A stretch of DNA of 63,965 nucleotides, filler included, from Lama guanicoe (GCA_013239625.1; 190 parts of 190 records of this genome joined end to end with filler, not necessarily neighbours in it), one strand, 5' to 3'; shown: positions 52,253 through 63,877, counted from the whole stretch's first letter. Translations and numbers: made by a program. Notes: a model not told the origin generated them from the sequence alone.

Positions 52253-52351
52253 GAAGGTGGACATGAACGGATGTGAGCTGGTGGGAAAGCAGCAGCTGTT
52301 GGCAGCAGACGAGAGGGCGAAGTTGGCTGAAGAGAAGACACAACTGTACAA
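52253..52351 (+). CDS. Diverged TANGO1 (MIA3)-like coiled-coil exon, 99 bp, phase 2-2
   Basis: cctctcag|G-KVDMNGCELVGKQQLLAADERAKLAEEKTQLY-AA|gtgagt; AADERAKLAEEKTQLYK aligns to MIA3 AADEKAVSAAEEVKTYK and ends at the same position. Confidence 0.65.
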
Positions 52352-54272
52352 GTGAGTTCAGCTCCTCCACACCCGCGGCTCTGAAAACCCCTGTTGGATT
52401 TTTTGAAAACTTTTCTAAAATGTTTAGACGCAGTATCATACACAGACCCAAACAAAAGACATTTGTATACATGCTTCACACANNNNNNNNNNNNNNNNNN
52501 NNNNNNNNNNNNNNNNNNNNNNNNNNTTAATTAATTAANNNNNNNNNNNNNNNNNNNNNNNNNNNNNNNNNNNNNNNNNNNNTGTATAGACATTTTAAAT
52601 CTCCAAACAGGTTTGACCGTGTTTTCCACTTTGGCTGCTTCGATCTGTGGTTTTGGGTGTGGCGTGGGTACGGTATGTTTCAACGAATTTCCACACATTT
52701 GTTTAGTTCAGAGCCCTTTCGGGCAGACACGGGTGTGCGCGATCATTCTTTCGGTTAATGACACTGAGCCTGTTCTAAGCACGTGGATGGATGGTGGGGA
52801 CTGGAAACGGGGTGGCAGATNNNNNNNNNNNNNNNNNNNNNNNNNNNNNNNNNNNNNNNNNNNNTTAATTAATTAANNNNNNNNNNNNNNNNNNNNNNNN
52901 NNNNNNNNNNNNNNNNNNNNATGGTATATGTAAAGGATGAACTACAGTGTCCGGCATGTGCTAGGCGGGTAGGAGATGGTCAAACTGTAATCGTTCCACA
53001 GCTTTTCCTCCTTCGTATTGATCACATGTGAACTCCTCCGTGCACGCCAGGAAGCTGCTCCTCCTCTGTGAGCACACGGAGCAAGCGCTATGCCAAGGCC
53101 TGCACACACAGGAACCACATGGGAACTCAGTCTGACTCGAAGTCTGTACTCTGTATTANNNNNNNNNNNNNNNNNNNNNNNNNNNNNNNNNNNNNNNNNN
53201 NNTTAATTAATTAANNNNNNNNNNNNNNNNNNNNNNNNNNNNNNNNNNNNNNNNNNNNCTCTCAAGTGAGTTCTCTGGAGGTGGATTTTCTTTGCTGATG
53301 GTGAAGATTCTAGGAAAGATCCCATCCTGGTCTGTCCCAGTTCACCCTCTACCATCCAGCACAGGCATCTAAAACACAGTCGGACTCCGTATCCACTTCC
53401 TGTTGAAGGCCCTTCTGTGCATCCCTGCCTCCAGGATAAAGTTTTATTTTTTAACTAAAATCTTTCCTGACCTGCCTTCCCTCCCTTCTAACTTCTNNNN
53501 NNNNNNNNNNNNNNNNNNNNNNNNNNNNNNNNNNNNNNNNTTAATTAATTAANNNNNNNNNNNNNNNNNNNNNNNNNNNNNNNNNNNNNNNNNNNNTTTA
53601 GCGCCAAATTGCCACTGATTATACTCAGTTTTCATTGTTCTAAGTGTTTGAGATTTCCACATACTCTGAAAGGATATTGTCACATGAGTTTTTTGTAAAT
53701 TCACTGATGCTGGATGGACATTTTACATTCATGGGTGTTGGTGCTATTTATCTAGAATTTACAGTAGGTAATTCTAGTACAGTGGAGGAATATTATATTG
53801 CTTTTGTGTTGTTATGCAACAAACCACCACAAATNNNNNNNNNNNNNNNNNNNNNNNNNNNNNNNNNNNNNNNNNNNNTTAATTAATTAANNNNNNNNNN
53901 NNNNNNNNNNNNNNNNNNNNNNNNNNNNNNNNNNCCTTCTGTGTCCTTGCTTTTATCAGGATGGACACACGTTCTAGAACGTGCAGCAGTGTGAGTGAGC
54001 CACCTTGCTTCTGCATCACGCACTTCAGATATTTTTGATTACGAGATGCTGAAAGCACAGCTGACACATGACACGGGGACAGATACGAACATGGCCAAGT
54101 CAGAAACAGGAAGCGAACTATCTCATCCTAACTGCCTGGTCTTGGGCTGTGGACTTTCTTGGAATTGTCAAGNNNNNNNNNNNNNNNNNNNNNNNNNNNN
54201 NNNNNNNNNNNNNNNNTTAATTAATTAANNNNNNNNNNNNNNNNNNNNNNNNNNNNNNNNNNNNNNNNNNNN

Positions 54273-54508
54273 TAGGTTATTACAAGATATTGAATATAGT
54301 TCCCTGTGCTATACAGTAGGCTCATGTTGGTTATCTATTTTATATATGTTAATCCTAAATTCCCAATTTATCCCTCCCCTCTTTCCCCTTTGGTAACCAT
54401 AAGTTTGTTTTCCATGTCTGTGAGACTATTTCTGTTTTGTAAATAAGTTCACTTGTATAGTTTTTTAGATTCCACATATAAGTGATATCATACAATATTT
54501 GTCCTTCT
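54273..54508 (-). mobile_element. LINE-1 3' UTR, cetartiodactyl-type
   Basis: taggttattacaagatattgaatatagttccctgtgctatacagtagg...tagattccacatataagtgatatcata. Confidence 0.95.
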
Positions 54509-55071
54509 NNNNNNNNNNNNNNNNNNNNNNNNNNNNNNNNNNNNNNNNNNNNTTAATTAATTAANNNNNNNNNNNNNNNNNNNNNNNNNNNNNNNNNNNN
54601 NNNNNNNNTCCTCCAGGGGGTCTCCAAAGGTATACATGTTCCAATTCTGACCCCAAATCAATGAGCCTTTTCTTTTTTTTAAGAACTTCACCATGGACAA
54701 AACATGTCACTAAAGAAGGTGAGAAAAGAGCAAGTCCCCATCATCCAGAGTCCCTCCCAAAGAGCCCACTTCTGGAGGAGATGAAGGAGAGAAACGTTTT
54801 ATTTATACACACGCAGGAGTCAACCAGAAAATTACCTACCATGTTANNNNNNNNNNNNNNNNNNNNNNNNNNNNNNNNNNNNNNNNNNNNTTAATTAATT
54901 AANNNNNNNNNNNNNNNNNNNNNNNNNNNNNNNNNNNNNNNNNNNNACCCTGGTCTTTGATAGGTGGGACTAGGGGAGAAAGGGCTCCAGGGGAAAGAAA
55001 GGATGGGAGTAAATGAGGTAACAGAGAATTCAGGAGTAAAAGGGAGCCTGAGATTAAAATACAGATTCGCA

Positions 55072-55184
55072 GGGGGAAGGGTACAGACCAGTGGTCAGGC
55101 ACATGCTTATCACCCATGAGGCCCAGGGTCCAATCATCAGCATCTCCACCTAAACAAACAAACAAACAAATCTAATTACCACCC
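55072..55184 (+). mobile_element. Camelid-type tRNA-derived SINE (vic-1-like), diverged
   Basis: gggggaagggtacagaccagtggtc (A box)...gggtccaatc (B box)...ctccacctaaacaaacaaac...ctaattacc; preceded by an L1-endonuclease-type ttaaaa site. Confidence 0.75.
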
Positions 55185-55622
55185 NNNNNNNNNNNNNNNN
55201 NNNNNNNNNNNNNNNNNNNNNNNNNNNNTTAATTAATTAANNNNNNNNNNNNNNNNNNNNNNNNNNNNNNNNNNNNNNNNNNNNTTTTTTTTTTGCTTAA
55301 CTAATTTTCTATCTTAGAAAATCAGAGTTGCTACAATAAACTACTCTGATGATTCATTTAGAATAACTCCTGCATCAAAGAAAATTAATATTTGAATGTT
55401 TGGAAACATATTTTGTCCTCCTGTATCCTTAACAGAGGAAAATGAAATAAAGTTTGCTAATCCTGAGCAGCAGGATTTGGCTTCAAATCAATTGGTCTAT
55501 AGATAAGGGCTGCAAAAAAAAANNNNNNNNNNNNNNNNNNNNNNNNNNNNNNNNNNNNNNNNNNNNTTAATTAATTAANNNNNNNNNNNNNNNNNNNNNN
55601 NNNNNNNNNNNNNNNNNNNNNN

Positions 55623-55860
55623 TTTTTATTTCTTCTCTTATTTCCTTCCGGGTACTGAGGATTTACTTTGCCTTTCCATTTCTAGCTTATTAAGTGGAAC
55701 CTCTGGTTACTGATTTTAGACCTTTCTCTCTTATACTTTAACATTTAAAGCCAGAAATTCCCTACTTTAACTCCATTCCACAAATATTTATATGTTGCAT
55801 TTTTAATCAGTCAGTTCAAAATATTTTCTTATTTCCATTTTGATTTCTCCTTTAACCTAT
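55623..55860 (-). mobile_element. Old LINE-1 ORF2 endonuclease-region fragment
   Basis: ttctagctt...ccacaaatatttatatgttgcatttt...aaatattttcttatttcc..ttgatttctcctttaacc. Confidence 0.65.
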
Positions 55861-56298
55861 NNNNNNNNNNNNNNNNNNNNNNNNNNNNNNNNNNNNNNNN
55901 NNNNTTAATTAATTAANNNNNNNNNNNNNNNNNNNNNNNNNNNNNNNNNNNNNNNNNNNNTCACACCCGCCCTGTGAGTCAGGCATCCATCCTCATTTCT
56001 GAGATGCTGCGAGTTTAAGTGGCTTGAATGTGGTCGCATAGAAGCTTCTCTTTGCACCATACTTAGCTCTCAGTGAGTGTAGGCAGAGGGCAATAATCCA
56101 GTCTTAACGTGAAAACAGCTCCATGGGCCCTCCAGAGGCCTAGACACCAGTGACCTCACAGTCCCACTGTAGGTCCCGTTTCACTGGGCACTGGGCTTNN
56201 NNNNNNNNNNNNNNNNNNNNNNNNNNNNNNNNNNNNNNNNNNTTAATTAATTAANNNNNNNNNNNNNNNNNNNNNNNNNNNNNNNNNNNNNNNNNNNN

Positions 56299-56536
56299 AA
56301 AAAGCTATCAGTTGATGAATGGGCAAAAGCAAAATTGAATACCTATATACAATAGAATTTTTTTTTTACCAATTAAAAGGAATAGAGTACTGATATATAC
56401 TACAATATAAATGAATCTTGAAAACGTTATGATAATGAAAACAGCCTCCAGTTGCAGGGATCAGTTTATATGAAAATGTCCAGAATGGCCTAAACTATTG
56501 AGATAGAAAATAGGTTAGTCTTACCAGGAGCTGAGG
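56299..56536 (+). mobile_element. LINE-1 (L1ME/MB) 3' fragment
   Basis: aaaaggaatagagtactgatata..tacaa...atgaatcttgaaaacgttatg...tgtccagaat. Confidence 0.75.
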
Positions 56537-56636
56537 NNNNNNNNNNNNNNNNNNNNNNNNNNNNNNNNNNNNNNNNNNNNTTAATTAATTAANNNNNNNN
56601 NNNNNNNNNNNNNNNNNNNNNNNNNNNNNNNNNNNN

Positions 56637-56874
56637 TTTCTCCATATCCTCACCAACATTTGTTATTTTCTGGGTTTTGTTGTTGTTGTTTTTACAGTAG
56701 CCATCCCAATGAGTGTGAGGTAGTACCTCACTGTGGTTTTAATTTGCAGTTCCCTTCTGATCAGTGATGTTCAGCATCTTTTCACATTCTTGTTATTGAC
56801 CATCCATACATCTTTGGATAAAGGTCTACTCAAGTCCTTTCCCTAATTTTTAAATCAGGCTGTATGTTTTTTTT
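56637..56874 (-). mobile_element. LINE-1 ORF2 fragment
   Basis: tctccatatcctcaccaacatttgttatt...gtgtgaggtagtacctcactgtggttttaatttgca. Confidence 0.9.
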
Positions 56875-58063
56875 NNNNNNNNNNNNNNNNNNNNNNNNNN
56901 NNNNNNNNNNNNNNNNNNTTAATTAATTAANNNNNNNNNNNNNNNNNNNNNNNNNNNNNNNNNNNNNNNNNNNNTTTTTTTTTTTTTAACAGGAGTTGGG
57001 TTTTGCTTATTACCAATGGTGCATCTTAAGTCAAGCCTCACCTGAAATTTGAGATCTTGTCTATCATGTCAAGAAATTATGAGCATTAGATGAGATCATT
57101 TATATGTCTGCCTGGGAGATATTTGACATTGAAAAAGAGTGTTTTGTCATATCTGTTACAAAATAGTACTTTTTCTTTTCTTTTTTTTTTTTTTCTTCTT
57201 TTGGGAGACAAANNNNNNNNNNNNNNNNNNNNNNNNNNNNNNNNNNNNNNNNNNNNTTAATTAATTAANNNNNNNNNNNNNNNNNNNNNNNNNNNNNNNN
57301 NNNNNNNNNNNNTTTTTATTGATTTACAATCATCTTACAATGTTGTGTCAAATTCCAGTGTAAAAGATTACATTTTTAAAGAAACAATTCCTGTGAAGCT
57401 CCAGACCTTCCTTGGCTCCAGCTAGAAGAGAAAATCAGTTTACATTGCACGTCTCAAACAAAATACCGAGGAGGACAATGTTTTTTAAAAACTCAACGCG
57501 AGTCATTGTGGGCACGTCCTTCATATTCAGCCAAGCTGTCCATGTATCANNNNNNNNNNNNNNNNNNNNNNNNNNNNNNNNNNNNNNNNNNNNTTAATTA
57601 ATTAANNNNNNNNNNNNNNNNNNNNNNNNNNNNNNNNNNNNNNNNNNNNCCGTCCCGGAGCCCCGGGGAAGCCAGGGCGACGCCGTGTTACTCCGAGAGG
57701 ACGGCACGTACCCGTGCTGCCTTCCCCGTGACGGAGCGTCGTGTCCGCAGATAAGGAGCCGCTTTGTCCCCGTCGTGTCTGAGCCCTGAATTCTCCCTCC
57801 CATGTCTGGAGACGGCCAGCCCTGCTTTGTGCTTGCCTGCTTGCCTCATGCTCTGCGGCCTTTTCATTTCCAGTCCCCACTTTAAAANNNNNNNNNNNNN
57901 NNNNNNNNNNNNNNNNNNNNNNNNNNNNNNNTTAATTAATTAANNNNNNNNNNNNNNNNNNNNNNNNNNNNNNNNNNNNNNNNNNNNTTGGGGCCTCTGA
58001 AGGCTTTAATCCAGCCCTGGAAGGCTCATTAGGGCCACATACAAGAGGGTCTTGAATATCAAC

Positions 58064-58225
58064 TGTAGTGTCTACAAATTCTTTTATACCCTTCCCTTCA
58101 AGAGGCAGAGCCTAATTGCCCTCTCCTGAGTGTGGACTGGACTTAGTGACTTTCTTCTAACACTAGAATAAAGCAAAAGTGAATGTATAAGATTTCAAAG
58201 ACTAAGTCAGAAAAGGCACTGCAGC
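58064..58225 (+). mobile_element. MaLR LTR (MLT1F/G-like)
   Basis: caaattctttt..cttcccttcaagaggcagagcctaatt...tgtggactggacttagtgactt. Confidence 0.7.
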
Positions 58226-58663
58226 NNNNNNNNNNNNNNNNNNNNNNNNNNNNNNNNNNNNNNNNNNNNTTAATTAATTAANNNNNNNNNNNNNNNNNNN
58301 NNNNNNNNNNNNNNNNNNNNNNNNNTTATTATGCTTCCCGTGGAAGTGAGCAAAAGGCTTTTATTAAATTAGGACATAAAAGCAACCTGTGTTGTCAAAG
58401 ATGTTAGCCTGAAGCAAAATTCCAAGTTGGATGCTTGGAGAGTCAGTGGGAGCACCACAGGAACCTCTCCCTCCTTGTCTCTCTAGATGGACTCACTTGC
58501 TCATTGTCCTTTAGGGGCTTAAGGAGCAAGTCTGAACTCACAGCTCCTTGTTCACATCAGAGGNNNNNNNNNNNNNNNNNNNNNNNNNNNNNNNNNNNNN
58601 NNNNNNNTTAATTAATTAANNNNNNNNNNNNNNNNNNNNNNNNNNNNNNNNNNNNNNNNNNNN

Positions 58664-58901
58664 TTTTTTTTTTTTAGCATAGTCCGTTGCAGTGTTACAA
58701 TTTCTGGTATACAACACAGTGTTCCAGTGATACATATACACACATGTATTTGTTTTCATGTGCTTTTTCATCAAAGGTTATTATAAGATTGAATATAGTT
58801 CCCTGTGTTATACAGAGGAAATTTGATTTTTTTATTCTATTTTTATATATAATGTCTAACATTTGCAAATCTCAAACTCCCAAATTTATCCCTTCTCACT
58901 C
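58664..58901 (-). mobile_element. LINE-1 extreme 3' end
   Basis: ggttattataagattgaatatagttccctgtgttatacag...aaactcccaaatttatccc. Confidence 0.85.
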
Positions 58902-60014
58902 NNNNNNNNNNNNNNNNNNNNNNNNNNNNNNNNNNNNNNNNNNNNTTAATTAATTAANNNNNNNNNNNNNNNNNNNNNNNNNNNNNNNNNNNNNNNNNNN
59001 NTGTTCCTCCTGCAACCTGTTCCCTTTGTGCTAGATGAACAAACTTCTCTCCACATGCTCAGTTTTGAGAGTTAAACGTGTGTAAATGCCGTGCTTGATG
59101 TAGCTTGTTGGGAACACCATGTTCCTCTTCAGTTGCAAACTCCACCCCATACATATATAAGGGTAGGTACAAGCTCCAACTCGGGTTTAAGTGAAAACTG
59201 CAGGAACTTCAAACCAGCACTAGGAAACAAACTGAGAANNNNNNNNNNNNNNNNNNNNNNNNNNNNNNNNNNNNNNNNNNNNTTAATTAATTAANNNNNN
59301 NNNNNNNNNNNNNNNNNNNNNNNNNNNNNNNNNNNNNNGAGTCTTCATCCTGGCGGTCTTTCTGGTCCTCCTCCTGGAGAAGCTGAGCGGGCGGTGTGCC
59401 AGTTGGTGGAGAGAACCTGTACGTGTGTCCCTTTTAATAATTTCCGTCCATTGGCCTGACCCATAATGAACGAAGGGCTGTTAATTCTAAGACCCTGGCC
59501 ACATAGACGTCCTCCTAGGATGTCCTGCTTGGCAGGGAGGAGCTTTTCTGGCCATCCGTTGTTTTCATTTGAGATTNNNNNNNNNNNNNNNNNNNNNNNN
59601 NNNNNNNNNNNNNNNNNNNNTTAATTAATTAANNNNNNNNNNNNNNNNNNNNNNNNNNNNNNNNNNNNNNNNNNNNAAGAGGAATATGTCTAGATTTAGC
59701 CCATCTCTGCATGGCTGCAGCCCCCAGTGTCCACTCATTTATGGGCCCAAGTGGCCACCTTAAGTGAATGCACCAGGAGCTCCACTGCTGGTTTCACTCC
59801 CCTGCTGATCCTGGAAGGAGACACTTCGGATGCACATTGACACGTCTTACTTTAATACGTCCCCTTGAATTCCCAGAGTGATTTCTTTAGGGCTGTGCCC
59901 CATATAGGTATCCANNNNNNNNNNNNNNNNNNNNNNNNNNNNNNNNNNNNNNNNNNNNTTAATTAATTAANNNNNNNNNNNNNNNNNNNNNNNNNNNNNN
60001 NNNNNNNNNNNNNN

Positions 60015-60251
60015 ATGAACGCCTTCATGGTGTGGTCCCGCGGGCAGCGGCGCAAGATGGCCCTGGAGAACCCCAAGATGCACAACTCTGAGATCAGCAA
60101 GCGCTTGGGCGCCGACTGGAAACTGCTGACCGACGCCGAGAAGCGGCCGTTCATCGACGAGGCCAAGCGGCTGCGCGCCGTGCACATGAAAGAGTACCCG
60201 GACTACAAGTACCGGCCGCGCCGCAAGACCAAGACGCTGCTCAAGAAGGAC
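60015..60251 (+). CDS. SOX3: SOX3 HMG box, internal fragment of the single-exon gene (the ATG at 60015 is not the start codon)
   Basis: [96 protein letters not shown] and AVHMKEY distinguish SOX3 from SOX1/SOX2. Confidence 0.95.
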
Positions 60252-61395
60252 ANNNNNNNNNNNNNNNNNNNNNNNNNNNNNNNNNNNNNNNNNNNNTTAA
60301 TTAATTAANNNNNNNNNNNNNNNNNNNNNNNNNNNNNNNNNNNNNNNNNNNNTCAACCATCAAGGGCTTGGCACTATTATTATCTCTATCTTGTAGATAA
60401 AGAACTGGGACTCAAAGAGATTGAGTAACTTTCTACGGTCACAAAGCTCCTAGTGATAGAGCCAGTATTCAAATGTAACAACATTTTAGCCCTTCTTAAA
60501 GTCTTAACAATTTACTACCTAAAAAGGATTTAGTTTTCTTTCTTTGATGATATATTCTTGGTTTAAGATGTGGTTGCTATTTGTAAGGAANNNNNNNNNN
60601 NNNNNNNNNNNNNNNNNNNNNNNNNNNNNNNNNNTTAATTAATTAANNNNNNNNNNNNNNNNNNNNNNNNNNNNNNNNNNNNNNNNNNNNACTTCCGGAA
60701 GCGTATCTCAAAGGTCAATCTTCCCATCCAAGGAGAAGTCTAAGTGCAGAAAATCACAGAAGGGACATCTTTTTCCTTCTTCCTACGAGCAACCCTGAGT
60801 GGGGAGGGGGCAAGTTCCCTCTCTGGTACAGCAGGGGGGCAAACAGAAACGCACCGAATTGGGGCTGGGGGGGACTGGAAGCTGAAGCAGGAAGACAAGG
60901 CAAAAGTGGGTGTTTGCTTTCTAAAAAANNNNNNNNNNNNNNNNNNNNNNNNNNNNNNNNNNNNNNNNNNNNTTAATTAATTAANNNNNNNNNNNNNNNN
61001 NNNNNNNNNNNNNNNNNNNNNNNNNNNNTGGAAATTTTTCTCAAGATACAGAAGAACCAAGAAATGATCCTGTAGGTATTTCCTTAAATACCTCTGGTCT
61101 AACTAAATCTGAATGATGTAACATCTGAAAATGACCAGCAGTGTTTCTACAGATGGTACCAGCAGTTTATAAAGGCTGAGAATAAGCCTGTGAAGAATAA
61201 GTTTGGAATCATTATAAAGGAATAAATAAGTTCACAATTCTGGAAGAACAGCATATGATTTTAATTNNNNNNNNNNNNNNNNNNNNNNNNNNNNNNNNNN
61301 NNNNNNNNNNTTAATTAATTAANNNNNNNNNNNNNNNNNNNNNNNNNNNNNNNNNNNNNNNNNNNNTCCTCACGTCTGGCCTGGTGTCCTTCCAG

Positions 61396-61604
61396 ATGGG
61401 ATTCTTCAAGCGAGCGCGGTACCCCGAAGCTGCCGTGCCCCAGTACCACGCGGTGAAGATCCCGCGGGAAGACCGGCAGCAGTTCAAGGAGGAGAAGACG
61501 GGCACGATCCTGAGGAACAACTGGGGCAGCCCCCGGCGGGAGGGCCCCGACGCGCACCCCATCCTGGCTGGGGATGGGCAGCCCGAGCTGGGCCCCGATG
61601 GCCA
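61396..61604 (+). CDS. ITGA7: Integrin alpha-7, B-isoform cytoplasmic-tail exon (3' truncated)
   Basis: tccttccag|MGFFKRARYPEAAVPQYHAVKIPREDRQQFKEEKTGTILRNNWGSPRREGPDAHPILAGDGQPELGPDG; GFFKR motif and alpha7B tail. Confidence 0.95.
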
Positions 61605-62042
61605 NNNNNNNNNNNNNNNNNNNNNNNNNNNNNNNNNNNNNNNNNNNNTTAATTAATTAANNNNNNNNNNNNNNNNNNNNNNNNNNNNNNNNNNNNNNNN
61701 NNNNTGTGTTTTGTAAGTAGCTCTCTGCACAGAGTGAGCCAGACTGCTCCCTGCATTCTTTCTCTGGGTGGAATCTTTGATAGAGACTAGGAGAGAGGCT
61801 TCTGCTACAGCTTCTGCCCCAAGTAGCACTCAGCCCCTCCAGGTCTGAGCACGGGAGCCTGGAGTTCGGAGACCCTGGTCTCTGCCAGAAAAGCCCAGCC
61901 ACTTCCTTTGCAGGACCTGAGGAACGACCAGGTGGGGAAGTTNNNNNNNNNNNNNNNNNNNNNNNNNNNNNNNNNNNNNNNNNNNNTTAATTAATTAANN
62001 NNNNNNNNNNNNNNNNNNNNNNNNNNNNNNNNNNNNNNNNNN

Positions 62043-62280
62043 TACAACAACATGGGTGAACCTTGAGGCTATTATGCTTAGGTGAAATTAGCCAGTCACA
62101 GAAGGACAAATAATGCATAATTTCAATTTACATGTGAAATTGAAAATAGACAAACTCATAGACACAGAAAGTAGAGTGGTTGCTGCGAAGAGCTGGGGGA
62201 GAGGAGGAAATGGGGCATTGTTCAATGGATATAAAGTTTGGTTATGCTACATAAGTAAGTTTCAGAGATCTGCAGTAAAC
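62043..62280 (+). mobile_element. LINE-1 (L1MB-like) 3' fragment
   Basis: tacaacaacatgggtgaaccttgagg...gccagtcacagaaggacaaata...gacacagaaagtagagtgg. Confidence 0.9.
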
Positions 62281-62380
62281 NNNNNNNNNNNNNNNNNNNN
62301 NNNNNNNNNNNNNNNNNNNNNNNNTTAATTAATTAANNNNNNNNNNNNNNNNNNNNNNNNNNNNNNNNNNNNNNNNNNNN

Positions 62381-62614
62381 TATAGAACATGGAATGCAGA
62401 ACACAGAATTTCGAATATAAATACAAAATGCTGAATGTAGGATTTTGAATATAGAATGCAGAACACAGAATATATAATTGAGTATACAGAAACCAGATTT
62501 TAAAACATGGAATCCAGAACACATGATTTAGAATATAGAATACAGAATACTGAATATAGAATTTGGAATAGAGAATGTAGAAAACAGAAAATACAATATA
62601 GAATACGGAATGCA
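62381..62614 (+). repeat. Heptamer (AGAATAT-type) satellite, second copy
   Basis: Same units as 19210-19446; block tagaacatggaatgcagaacac at 62383 recurs, diverged, at 62501 (118 bp). Confidence 0.85.
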
Positions 62615-62714
62615 NNNNNNNNNNNNNNNNNNNNNNNNNNNNNNNNNNNNNNNNNNNNTTAATTAATTAANNNNNNNNNNNNNNNNNNNNNNNNNNNNNN
62701 NNNNNNNNNNNNNN

Positions 62715-62840
62715 CTGATATTCTAGACTCACATGTAAGTGAGATCATACGGTATTTGTCTTTCTCCTTATTTCACTAAGCATCATGCCCTCGATCCTTC
62801 CATGTCAACGCAAATGGCAGGATCTCCTTCTTGTTCATTG
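62715..62840 (-). mobile_element. LINE-1 3' fragment
   Basis: tagactcacatgtaagtgagatcatacggtatttgtctttct...caaatggcaggatctccttctt. Confidence 0.85.
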
Positions 62841-63390
62841 CTTAAGTCTTCATAGGATGAAAGGCAATCTCATGGAACTACTCAATAAAGATTTTTGCTT
62901 CATATTCCAGATTTTCAATTTCTTTGTAATATTATAACTGTACAGGACTCTGNNNNNNNNNNNNNNNNNNNNNNNNNNNNNNNNNNNNNNNNNNNNTTAA
63001 TTAATTAANNNNNNNNNNNNNNNNNNNNNNNNNNNNNNNNNNNNNNNNNNNNCTGGTGTATTAAAGGGGTGTTCTCCATGCCTTCTTTGCCTTTGGCCTC
63101 CGTTCTCTTCACTGAATCTGCTCCGCAGAAAGTATCTCTCTCTATGTTCTTGCCTCTGTCCCAGAATTAGAGCGCCCTTACTGACTACTCTGCTATCTAC
63201 TACAACTCTGGCTGGCGTGATGGTGACAGGTGGGGAATGTGTCCTGTGTTGTTTGGGTTTGATCTCCATCTGAGGCAGGTGCAAAGACTCNNNNNNNNNN
63301 NNNNNNNNNNNNNNNNNNNNNNNNNNNNNNNNNNTTAATTAATTAANNNNNNNNNNNNNNNNNNNNNNNNNNNNNNNNNNNNNNNNNNNN

Positions 63391-63479
63391 AGGCTGTACT
63401 TCGCTCCACCACAACCTGGTGTCAGTAGACTGGCTTCGCTGTGCAGTGGGCCAGCAGGTCCAAATTCAGTTCCGTAACG
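63391..63479 (+). mobile_element. Probable ERV LTR 3' (R-U5) end
   Basis: Reverse complement gttacggaactgaatttgg...aagccagtctactgacaccaggttgtggtg resembles ungulate ERV1 LTR termini (recalled). Confidence 0.4.
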
Positions 63480-63877
63480 CCTGGAGCGCCTCTCGCCTCC
63501 CTGGAGCCCGAGCTGCCATCCCAGCATCTCGGCGCCTTTGGCAAGGCCCCATCAGTACCCTCTCTTCCATGTCCGCAGGTCCTCCTCCAGCCCGGCTGCA
63601 CCGGCCTCTGTGCTGGCACCGCGCCACCNNNNNNNNNNNNNNNNNNNNNNNNNNNNNNNNNNNNNNNNNNNNTTAATTAATTAANNNNNNNNNNNNNNNN
63701 NNNNNNNNNNNNNNNNNNNNNNNNNNNNACACTTTAGCATTATGTGATTACCATGTGATAAATCCCCCCTTCAAAATCGAATGGCTCATCTCTATACCCT
63801 CTTTTCAGGTTAAAATTATGCAACTTTTTTTTCCTTTTATGCTTTGGCTACCAAAATATACGCATCTCTGTGTGTGT

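Larger units (their letters stand above)
238..63728. other. Artificial linker N44-TTAATTAATTAA-N44 (100 bp), about 189 copies separating 234-238 bp contigs
   Basis: First copy 238-337 with the 12-mer at 282-293. Exact 337-bp period up to 48428, then mostly 338. The palindromic 12-mer puts TAA in all six frames. Confidence 0.99.

Noticed and set aside
6068..52351. Functional clustering of TANGO1/cTAGE pieces with a collagen exon as one secretion 'system'
   Set aside because: Contigs are ordered by length only, so co-occurrence implies no linkage
59339..59430. Hydrophobic peptide VFILAVFLVLLL (plus strand) or acidic peptide (minus strand)
   Set aside because: Neither frame is recognisable and splice signals are weak
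61110..61180. C/D snoRNA-like spacing (TGATGT...CTGA...CTGA)
   Set aside because: C box is non-canonical, there is no terminal stem, and no guide was recognised
63053..63290. Minus-strand open frame (..QMEIKPKQHRTHSPPV..)
   Set aside because: No recognisable family; cannot be supported without a search
2645..63680. Most ORFs in the supplied track (ending X...N or X...LIN)
   Set aside because: They are extended through N and stopped by the linker; short, with no recognisable homology
282..63684. CRISPR-like array of identical TTAATTAATTAA repeats with unique equal-length spacers
   Set aside because: The repeat is embedded in fixed N44 pads, the spacers are mammalian repeats and exons, and there are no cas genes; this is a synthetic six-frame stop linker
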